In this document: piece by piece, positions 56,339-64,000 of the stretch
Layout of the letters: each line of letters starts with the position of its first letter
How positions within the stretch are numbered: the stretch's first letter is position 1
From: Candidatus Berkelbacteria bacterium RIFCSPLOWO2_01_FULL_50_28
GTDB taxonomy: Bacteria > Patescibacteriota > UBA1384 > 2-12-FULL-50-11
Length of the DNA: 64,000 nucleotides
Assembly (NCBI GenBank): GCA_001774395.1
Contig: MEZX01000001.1
Coordinates: forward strand, 27,643 to 91,642
Reading direction: 5' to 3'
Program-made: the position numbers and the translations under genes
Notes under the pieces: model-generated
Databases searched by the model: none
Seen by the model: only the letters and a program-made list of their open reading frames with translations
What the model was told of the DNA's origin: nothing

Positions 56339-56821
56339 CTACAATCTTTCCCCTGACCACCAGACAAAAAGTTTCCATCGTGTTGCTGCAGCATAATAGA
56401 CGATCGCTCCTAAAATAAGATTGGAGAGGATCACAATCAGGCTGTAACGAAGGTCGTACTGCCGAGAAAGAAGCGAAAATAAGCTCTGGGACAGAACCGA
56501 CATCACCAGCAGGGCAGCTAAGGCGTGAGGTAGCGAAGCGACGCTTAAGAATCTCCGACGGAAAAAGTCCAGAGCGAAGACGAGAACAGAGAAAGTCAGC
56601 GTCCAGAGCCCAAAGGGGCTAAATTGCAGTAGATCGAGCAGAATGCCGCAGATAAGCGCTAGGCGAATTCCGGCTCCAAGATCCAAAAACCAAATAGTCG
56701 CCCAAAGACCAACAATAATTAGATCTGGTCCTCCAGTTCCCAGCATAAGATGATGCCCAACCGGACCAACCGATAGCAAGACCAGCAGCAAGCCAAAGAT
56801 AGCCTGGACGATAGTAGTCAT
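56339..56821 (-). CDS. mreD: Rod shape protein MreD
   Basis: PDL and G.LLDL....PFG motifs; between mreC and mrdA. Confidence 0.8.
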   Translation of the reverse strand: MTTIVQAIFGLLLVLLSVGPVGHHLMLGTGGPDLIIVGLWATIWFLDLGAGIRLALICGILLDLLQFSPFGLWTLTFSVLVFALDFFRRRFLSVASLPHALAALLVMSVLSQSLFSLLSRQYDLRYSLIVILSNLILGAIVYYAAATRWKLFVWWSGERL

Positions 56822-56893
56822 CTTAAGGATGTTTGCGGATCAAAGAGCAGAATGCTCATTTTACGAACTCTAGTGAGTAAAAGAACAGAATGT

Positions 56894-57682
56894 TCATTTT
56901 GTAACAATCAACACCGAAGTTAGATTTCCAACCGAGACCGGATTTTCTATTCGAAGGGTCAGAAAGATTTCCTCTTTGGCGGAGATAATATCAACCACGT
57001 GCCCCACGGCAATGCCAGCGGGGTAGATTCCCTCGAGCGAGGAGGTTACAACTGCTTCGCCTATCTTTGTTTTAGTATCGAGTGGGATGTTTTCGACGAT
57101 CAACCCTCGAATACTGCCGCGTAGTAGCCCAATCGTTCCGGTTTTCGCTAAAATCACTGGGGTGAGGAGGTTGCGATTAGCTAGCAACCACACTTCAGAA
57201 GTAGCAAGCGACACTTTCCCAACTTTCCCGATCAGATATCCGGAAGCCACAACCACCTGGTTTTCCTTTAAGCCGTCCCGACTACCCCTGTCTATTATCA
57301 GGGTCTGGTAAAGCCCGGTGGGCGAGTAGCCGACCACATTAGCAGGTGTCAGACGCATCTGTGGATGAGCTTTCTTGAACTGTAAATCCTTGTAGAGATT
57401 GTCATTCTCCACCTTCAGGGCCTCCAGAGAAGCGGCTTTTGCCTTAAGCTCGGTATTCTCCGTTTTTAGTTCGGCGTTCTCACGAGCTAAGTTATTCACG
57501 GTGAATAGGACTTTGAAGGCGTCGATAACGCGCGTCGTCGCGACGTCAACCCAATGTGCCGGTAGGGCAACGCTCCGTCGTAGGCCGTCTCTCACCGGAG
57601 AAAAAAATCCGAATTGGCTGAAAACCAAAAAGAGAACCAAGAGTGCCAGCACTATTCCACCGGCCCTCCCGCGTCTGATCAT
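56894..57682 (-). CDS. mreC: Rod shape protein MreC
   Basis: TM, coiled coil, IDRGSRDG and GIYPAGI.VG motifs. Confidence 0.92.
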   Translation of the reverse strand: MIRRGRAGGIVLALLVLFLVFSQFGFFSPVRDGLRRSVALPAHWVDVATTRVIDAFKVLFTVNNLARENAELKTENTELKAKAASLEALKVENDNLYKDLQFKKAHPQMRLTPANVVGYSPTGLYQTLIIDRGSRDGLKENQVVVASGYLIGKVGKVSLATSEVWLLANRNLLTPVILAKTGTIGLLRGSIRGLIVENIPLDTKTKIGEAVVTSSLEGIYPAGIAVGHVVDIISAKEEIFLTLRIENPVSVGNLTSVLIVTK

Positions 57683-58722
57683 TTTTTGAGAGCGCTACCT
57701 AGCAGAACTGATTCAAGCGTTTCCAAATCTTCCAGTACCACTCCCGTTCCTCTCGCCACACAAGATAGAGGATCGTCAGCAATAAAAACTTTGGTTTGGG
57801 TAGCTTGGCTGATCAACGTGTCCAGACCTTGCAACAGCGCCCCGCCGCCGGCCAGAACAATTCCTCTTTCCATAATATCGGCTACCAGTTCTGGCGGCGT
57901 CTCCTCGATGGTTGATTTTACTGCATCGACAATTACCATAACTGACTTCGAGATGGCGCTTCGGATTTGGTCATCGTTGACTATTATCTGCCGTGGTAAT
58001 CCCGTAACCAGGTCGCGACCGCGGAGCGGTCTTTCAGCACGTTCTTTCAAGGGGAAGGCCGAACCGATTTCAATTTTTATTTTCTCGGCGGTCCGCTCAC
58101 CAACCAACAGGTTGAAACTCTCCCGAGCGAAATTAATGATGTCTTCGTTCATCTCATCGCCTGCCACCCGAATGGAGCGCGAGGCAACGATACCCCCCAT
58201 AGAGATAACTGCCACTTCGGTTGTACCGCCACCGATATCAACGATCATACTGCCAGTTGCTTCTTGAATGGGCAGACGAGCGCCGATGGCGGCTGCGACC
58301 GGCTCCTCGATCAAAAATGCCTGACGTGCCCCAGCGCTGATCGCCGCTTCTTCAACCGCCCGTCGCTCAACTTCCGTGACGCCATAAGGAATTCCTACTA
58401 GCACCCTTGGGCGTGGCATAAAGGAAAAACGCTCGCGGTGAACTCGGTCAATGAAGTGCCGCATCATCTGTTCAGTTACCTCAAAGTCGCTGACGACGCC
58501 GTCCACCAGCGGTCGAATGGCAATGATGTGGTTCGGTGTTTTACCGACCATAATCTGGGCGTCGGTGCCGATTGCCAGAACTTGTTTTGTCTTTTGGTTA
58601 ATCGCCACCACTGAGGGTTCGTTGATGACAATCCCTTTGCCGCGCACGTAAACGAGTGTGTTCGCGGTGCCTAGGTCAATGCCGATATCGTGCGAAAAAG
58701 AGCCGAATAATCGATTTAGCAT
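57679..58722 (-). CDS. mreB: Rod shape protein MreB
   Basis: IDLGTANTLV and DIGGGTTEVAVIS motifs. Confidence 0.98.
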   Translation of the reverse strand: MLNRLFGSFSHDIGIDLGTANTLVYVRGKGIVINEPSVVAINQKTKQVLAIGTDAQIMVGKTPNHIIAIRPLVDGVVSDFEVTEQMMRHFIDRVHRERFSFMPRPRVLVGIPYGVTEVERRAVEEAAISAGARQAFLIEEPVAAAIGARLPIQEATGSMIVDIGGGTTEVAVISMGGIVASRSIRVAGDEMNEDIINFARESFNLLVGERTAEKIKIEIGSAFPLKERAERPLRGRDLVTGLPRQIIVNDDQIRSAISKSVMVIVDAVKSTIEETPPELVADIMERGIVLAGGGALLQGLDTLISQATQTKVFIADDPLSCVARGTGVVLEDLETLESVLLGSALKK

Positions 58723-58770
58723 CGTGAAGACATTCTAGCAATCAACCCTACAAAAGCAATCCTAGCGACC

Positions 58771-59682
58771 TTAGAAGAATTGGGCTAGCTTTGCTTGATG
58801 CTCGGCGTAGGTTTTGGAAAAGTGGGTTTGCCCTTTGGCGTGGAAAAAGTAAAGGTAGTCGTGAGTTGCGGGCTTGGCTGCTGCTTCCAAACTTTTGAGT
58901 CCCGGGCTGCAAATCGGGCCCGGTGGCAGGCCATCATTCAAGTAAGTATTATACGGCGACTCAACAGATTCGGTGTCGCCGTATTCTAGCGCCTCCCACG
59001 ATCCCTTGGCGTACTGAACCGTTGGATCGGCCTGCAACCGCATACTTATTTTCACTCTGTTAGCATATACTCCAGCGATTGGGGGGCGGTCATCATCACT
59101 CAGCGCTTCTCGCTCCACGATTGAAGCCAAAATAACTGTCTCGGGCGTAATGCGCAAACCGGCGGTTCTCTCTATAAAAGTATCACGCATTAGCGCTATC
59201 AGCTCGTCGTCGGTGATGTCCACTTTCACTTCGTACGTGTCTGGAAAAAGGTAGCCCTCGTACTTACCGGCTTTGGCGGCAAACCCAACCATCTGCGACA
59301 GTTTCGCCTCGTCAACCAGATATTTTTCTGTTTGACTGACTCGCCAGCCCTCAATTATTGTAATCTTTGCTACTTTGAATTTTCCGGAAGCTAGCGTGTT
59401 GGCAATGTCGGAGGCCGACTCGGCGCTCGTTAATTCGTAAGTGCCAGGCAGAATCTTTCCCCCAATCAATTTCAGATAGACGTAAAAAGCAAAACTATTC
59501 TTGATCAGCCCAACATTCTCTAACCGTTTAGCGATATCGGCCGACCGCTCGCCGGAAACGACTGTAAGTGTCTGACCTTCGGTACTGGTAGCGTCTTTGG
59601 GCGCGAGCAAATATATACCCAAACCAACGACAACTAGAACAAAGACAAAAAATAGGACCGCAATTATTTTCAATACTTTCAT
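58771..59682 (-). CDS. mltG: Endolytic transglycosylase MltG
   Basis: EGYLFPDTY, LASIVERE and SPYNTY..GLPPGPI motifs. Confidence 0.95.
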   Translation of the reverse strand: MKVLKIIAVLFFVFVLVVVGLGIYLLAPKDATSTEGQTLTVVSGERSADIAKRLENVGLIKNSFAFYVYLKLIGGKILPGTYELTSAESASDIANTLASGKFKVAKITIIEGWRVSQTEKYLVDEAKLSQMVGFAAKAGKYEGYLFPDTYEVKVDITDDELIALMRDTFIERTAGLRITPETVILASIVEREALSDDDRPPIAGVYANRVKISMRLQADPTVQYAKGSWEALEYGDTESVESPYNTYLNDGLPPGPICSPGLKSLEAAAKPATHDYLYFFHAKGQTHFSKTYAEHQAKLAQFF

Positions 59683-60114
59683 CTAGGTGACGTTCTCTTC
59701 CAAAAACTGCTGCAGAATAAGTTGGGCCGCGAGCTGATCAACGCGCAGTTTTGCCTCGGCCACAGACAGACCTTGGCTCTCCAGCATTTCCGAAGCCATA
59801 AATGTGGTGAGTGTTTCATTGACGTAGTGCACAACACAGTCCAAAGCTTCTGTGAGGCCGTCACCAAATTTCTTTATCTTCTGCGCTTCACTCGTCAGCC
59901 CTCCCTCCTCGTTCACCGGCAAACCAACTACAATTGCATCGGTTTGCTCGCTTTGAATTATTTTTTCTAGTTTTTCGTAGGCCTCGTTTGCCGAGGCCGT
60001 CTCGTAAAATCCTTTGTTCTTTGCCGCTATAATCGTCGTTAGCTCGCTGGCTAGCGATTCCCCAACGGCTACCCCGATTCGTTTTTCACCGACGTCTAGT
60101 CCTAAATATCGCAT
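59683..60114 (-). CDS. ruvX: YqgF/RuvX pre-16S rRNA nuclease
   Basis: MRYLGLDVGEKRIGVA, VVGLP and D.LAA.LILQ motifs. Confidence 0.92.
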   Translation of the reverse strand: MRYLGLDVGEKRIGVAVGESLASELTTIIAAKNKGFYETASANEAYEKLEKIIQSEQTDAIVVGLPVNEEGGLTSEAQKIKKFGDGLTEALDCVVHYVNETLTTFMASEMLESQGLSVAEAKLRVDQLAAQLILQQFLEENVT

Positions 60115-60193
60115 CACCAAAATCCTCCAGATTTTGGAATTTCCAAACTTAATTGATGTTTGGTTATTCGATGATTCGGTGACTCGATCATTA

Positions 60194-61909
60194 CTACTTG
60201 GTACTCTCGACAAATCCGTACTCGACAGTGATCATACTCGGCAATATCGGAAGACGGCGAATCCACCAACTTGGAGTGACGTCGACGGTCGTTTCCGTGA
60301 CCTCGCTCTGAGATTTCAGAGCCGCTTGGGCCGCGTCAAAGGTTAGGTTATTAATCTGCTTGGCGATGGCCGTTTTGTCGATTTTTGGCGCAACGAACCC
60401 CTCTGCTTCAACATTAAAAGTCATCACTGAATTGCTCGAATCGTACTTTTTGAAGGTCAGTTTTGGTGAGGTATTTTCCGGCAAAACAAGCTGTTGGTTG
60501 TCGGTTATGCCTTTACTAAGCTCGAGTCGAACTTTTTCCAGAACGGCGTTCTTGTCGAAAGCAATTACCGAGAGTGAAAGCGTTAGTTTCAGAGTGGCTG
60601 AATCGACTTGTTCACCAACAGAACGATCGATATCTTGCTCTTTAACCTTTTGCCGAACCGAACCATCGAGCACAGTCTGTCCCTCTCCCTTTTTTCCCAA
60701 ATCTTTCTCGGCCTCGGCGACCAGCTCTTTTTTGGCGCTACTGATTACCTTGTCTATGTCACCTTGCGACAGTACCGTCACCGTTTTCGTTACCCCGCCG
60801 CTCGTTGAGCCGGTGGCGTAAACCAACGCGCCTTGACCCGAGATGGTAAATTGCGCCGATTGAAGATTATAGGCGTTTCCCGAAACGGCCGCGGTAACAC
60901 TGCCGGATGCCTGACCCGGCACGACGCTGCCACCAGAAACCGATGCTCCAGGAATAGTGATGGCGCTATTCAATGAAAAAATCTTACCGCTGGAAGAAAC
61001 ACTTGCCAGCGCGGCCAGCGTGACGGATGAGGAACTGGCCTTGTTGTAAAATGTAATTCTGCCAGAAGATTTTGTGCCAATGTCTTTTTTGCCAGTCGCA
61101 GTAATTTTTTTCGTCGTCGAGCCCTCGGAAGTGAGTAAGCTGCCAGCAATAGTGCTGGGACTGCTGTCGGCCGTGGTTTTTGCGTTAAGAAGTAGCGTCT
61201 TTGACTTCGACTCGGCCTGCAGCGTTAGCGTCACTGTGGCCTTAGGCAGAAAAACAAAAATGATCGTAAAGCTTATGAGCAAAATTATCACCGTAGCAAT
61301 AAGCGATTTCCAGGGCAGTTTGAAATCGATGGGCGTTCGTTCAACTTTGTAACGCGGGGCTGTTTTTTGCCGTGAAACAATCGATGGCAGCTCATCGACA
61401 CTGATCGTCTCTCCTACCTTCGGAGGCACAGTTTCTGCGGGTTCGGGCGCTAGCTCGCTCCCTTCCTCTGGCGCAGGGGGACTCGCTTCTTCTTTCGGTA
61501 GTTCCTCAACTGGCTGTGCCGGCTCGGCGTCTTGAACCACCTCTCCCGATTCGGAGCCCTGCGGCCCGGTGTATTGGTTAACCTTGACCCCGTCAATCAT
61601 CGTCGTTGCCGCTAGGGGAATCGGGTTTGGTGTTGCGGTCGGAGCCGTACCGGCTAAACCACCGAGATTGGCATATGTTTCCAATCCCACTTGACGCGCC
61701 AGGCGTGCTCCAATTTTATTGGTCGAAATTAACGAAACACGCTTGTCGAGATTTGCCGCTTCACGTTGCAATAGTTTTAGGTTTATTAAACTTTGAAATA
61801 GGGTGCTATTTTTGGGCACTACTACAGCCACATCACGAGACTCAGCGCTTTTTAGTTTATCGATTACAGAAGTGATCTCCTCGTCTGGTTCAAGGTAGAT
61901 CGGCTTCAT
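60194..61909 (-). CDS. Baseplate J-like membrane protein (non-phage context)
   Basis: IYLEPDEEITSVIDKL N-terminus, acidic Pro linker, TM, TGKK..G.K..G.ITFYN...G..YN...SGG and P.W...LP. Confidence 0.7.
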   Translation of the reverse strand: MKPIYLEPDEEITSVIDKLKSAESRDVAVVVPKNSTLFQSLINLKLLQREAANLDKRVSLISTNKIGARLARQVGLETYANLGGLAGTAPTATPNPIPLAATTMIDGVKVNQYTGPQGSESGEVVQDAEPAQPVEELPKEEASPPAPEEGSELAPEPAETVPPKVGETISVDELPSIVSRQKTAPRYKVERTPIDFKLPWKSLIATVIILLISFTIIFVFLPKATVTLTLQAESKSKTLLLNAKTTADSSPSTIAGSLLTSEGSTTKKITATGKKDIGTKSSGRITFYNKASSSSVTLAALASVSSSGKIFSLNSAITIPGASVSGGSVVPGQASGSVTAAVSGNAYNLQSAQFTISGQGALVYATGSTSGGVTKTVTVLSQGDIDKVISSAKKELVAEAEKDLGKKGEGQTVLDGSVRQKVKEQDIDRSVGEQVDSATLKLTLSLSVIAFDKNAVLEKVRLELSKGITDNQQLVLPENTSPKLTFKKYDSSNSVMTFNVEAEGFVAPKIDKTAIAKQINNLTFDAAQAALKSQSEVTETTVDVTPSWWIRRLPILPSMITVEYGFVESTK

Positions 61910-62018
61910 CTCACACCTCCGGTGTGGCAATTTTCAATTTTCAGTTTCCAATTTTCAATTATGGTGTTGCTTCCGCAAGTACTTTGATAACCGGTAACTG
62001 GCAACTGATCACTGACTC

Positions 62019-63266
62019 TCATTGTTTCATCCCGCTAACTGCTCGTTTCATCAACGTCTCTAGGATACCCGTTTCGCCAACTAAATCTAAGGCGACATTT
62101 GCCAAAGCCATCGGTGTAACATCAGCCGTATTTTGCAACGAATGCGTCTCGTCTACCATATTGGCCACGTCTACGGGTTTGATGAACTGCACCTCTGGGG
62201 GGCGGGCAAAAGAGAGATCCTCGCTCCAGTCCTTGCCAGAGAGCGCCATTTTCACTTCGGGCAGGTCTGAACCACCGCCGCAAAGCAAGAGGCGTGAAGG
62301 CAGCGGGTCGGACTCACCGAAATCCTCCAAAGAGAGCTTCAGCGCCGAAAGCCAAACTTTTATGTCGCTACCCAACGCGTGCTTTACCAACGCCTCTTTT
62401 TCCATCTCAAGTTTGCCGGCAGAGTACTGAATCTTGGCAACTTCGGCGTCCTGGAAACTTTCGCCCAACACCGCCGCCACTCGTTTGGTGAAGGCGCGGC
62501 CGCCAATGGCAAACATTCGTGTGCCTTCGACTCCGCCGTTGCGTACCACGGCGATGTCGGTTGTGCCGCCACCGATATCAATAAAAATTGCTGCCAAATC
62601 AGTTGATTCTTCGTTTAGACACCGAGCGACGGCGTACGGCTCGGCCGTTACCGCGATTAGCTCTAGCCCCAGTTCGCGTACAATTGTTTCGAGCGCCCCG
62701 AGCTGAACAATTGGCGCAAAGGCGTTGTAGACCCCCACTGAAAGCTCTTTGCCCTGGTAGGAAAGGGGGTTGGAAACTTTGTAGCCGTCAATTACCACCG
62801 AAACTATCGCCGCGTTCACCAGTTGAACGTCGATCTCTTCCTGACCGGTTTCCACCGCCAGCTCGGCGCGGGCCTTACGAAAAGCCTCGGCCTGCACTTG
62901 ATTGACTAAAATTTGCAGCTCCGCCATTTGTATTTGAGTAGCCGGTTTCGCTCGCGTAACTTTCACCGCTGTCGTTGTGCCTTTCACCAGCTCACCGGCG
63001 ATACCGACGATTGCGCGTTCCGGTAAGAATTGGGCTTGAGTAGCCGCTTCTTCGATCGCTTTTCCGCAGTTTTTCGCCACGCCGTGGATATCAGTTACCC
63101 CACCGCCGTGCATATCAGAGAGCTTCTGCCGACAGCGTCCAACGCCGCGAATATGTCCTTCGCCGTCAACTACCTCGAATATTAAGGCCTTAACAAACTC
63201 CGTTCCAATATCCAGGCTGATAGCCCAAGAATGCTTCTGTTTTTTCTTCCCTCCAAACAGTCCCAT
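62019..63266 (-). CDS. FtsA-like actin-family ATPase
   Basis: LDIGTEFVKA, AEPYA, DIGGGTTDIA and LCGGGS.LP motifs; ftsZ not adjacent. Confidence 0.85.
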   Translation of the reverse strand: MGLFGGKKKQKHSWAISLDIGTEFVKALIFEVVDGEGHIRGVGRCRQKLSDMHGGGVTDIHGVAKNCGKAIEEAATQAQFLPERAIVGIAGELVKGTTTAVKVTRAKPATQIQMAELQILVNQVQAEAFRKARAELAVETGQEEIDVQLVNAAIVSVVIDGYKVSNPLSYQGKELSVGVYNAFAPIVQLGALETIVRELGLELIAVTAEPYAVARCLNEESTDLAAIFIDIGGGTTDIAVVRNGGVEGTRMFAIGGRAFTKRVAAVLGESFQDAEVAKIQYSAGKLEMEKEALVKHALGSDIKVWLSALKLSLEDFGESDPLPSRLLLCGGGSDLPEVKMALSGKDWSEDLSFARPPEVQFIKPVDVANMVDETHSLQNTADVTPMALANVALDLVGETGILETLMKRAVSGMKQ

Positions 63267-63331
63267 AAGTGTTTTCAGCGTACCAGAGCTAACCCCTATG
63301 GCGCAATTGGGATATCGTGTACTGTTGAAGC

Positions 63332-63772
63332 ATGGATGATATGGAGAAAGAGCCACAATCAGGAGACAGCCCAGAGCAAGTTAGCCAAGAAGCCACACTA
63401 GAGCAACCAGCGCTAACTGCCCCTGAGGCCAGAAAGGCCGAGATCATGGCTGCTATCGAAGCGGGGGAGCTGTGGTCAAACGAGCGGTTCTTGGCGTTTT
63501 ATATTGCCAGACAGGATGAGATTGAGGCCGCCGGAGGCGATCAAGAGTTTGCCACGTTTAGCTTTATGCGTGAGTGTGGCGAGATACAGGCCGCTGGTGG
63601 CAAATTCGCCGAAGCTCTGGAAACTATGCAAGATTTAGCCGACTCTGCTTACGCCGCTGGCGAAATCTACGACGAATTTGTCGCCCAAGTCCGGCTACGC
63701 ATTCTCGAGCTACAAATCCGGCAACGCTTTGCCGAACTAGATGCCCTGGCTAAGCCACCAGGCGAGCTTTAA
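63332..63772 (+). CDS. Hypothetical acidic protein
   Basis: ORF with a -10-like TACTGT 6 nt before the ATG. Confidence 0.55.
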   Translation: MDDMEKEPQSGDSPEQVSQEATLEQPALTAPEARKAEIMAAIEAGELWSNERFLAFYIARQDEIEAAGGDQEFATFSFMRECGEIQAAGGKFAEALETMQDLADSAYAAGEIYDEFVAQVRLRILELQIRQRFAELDALAKPPGEL

Positions 63773-64000
63773 TCCGACGCATAGAACCGCTTCCCCCTCC
63801 GAGCATTCGCACGGAGATTGATTTACGCAATCTATTTCCGTATGGAAATTAATTCATTATTTTCTAAATTGAATTTACTCTTCAAGCGACTGGCACTGGG
63901 CAGATCGTTCGCCTCCATGAACAAAATGTACCCTTCAATCTCATAAAACCGGGCGATGATTGCCACTTGCTCTTCGCAACGATACGGGCAGACCAAAACA

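Noticed and set aside
57614-58267. Long antisense ORFs over mreB, secA, the ftsA-like gene and others
   Set aside because: Shadow frames of conserved genes with no independent signals.
60194-61909. Prophage suggested by the baseplate-J-like gene
   Set aside because: No other phage structural genes; the protein is membrane-anchored within a housekeeping cluster.
63832-63999. Partial minus-strand ORF at the window edge
   Set aside because: Too short to assign or confirm.

Overview
Chromosomal segment of a small-genome bacterium, most likely Patescibacteria/CPR (inferred from gene content, CCA-less tRNAs and many apparently leaderless genes). The right half (about 28.7-64 kb) is mostly housekeeping and envelope genes: MacB-type ABC, XRE-Hsp20 fusion, PPIase, pilin, GT2, ftsEX, secA, serS, greA, a two-component pair, a CdaR regulator, mrdA-mreDCB-mltG-ruvX, a baseplate-J-like gene and an ftsA-like gene. 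The left part has tRNAs with accessory genes, including a ParB plus HhH-GPD glycosylase pair. A ~13 kb island (about 15187-28266) is integrated at the tmRNA 3' end. It carries a large serine recombinase (LSR) whose C-terminus would be swapped on excision and coupled to two recombinase-domain-only genes, plus IS21/IS3 debris, a NucC/DUF6602-like nuclease and an amino-acid ABC importer with a heme-oxygenase-like enzyme. There are six tRNAs and a tmRNA. Other signals: structured repeats at tRNA/tmRNA 3' ends (one next to a GIY-YIG nuclease), two tRNA-adjacent HTH-LAGLIDADG-like genes and a candidate CdaR-controlled ncRNA. All calls were made by eye from motifs; no database searches were run.
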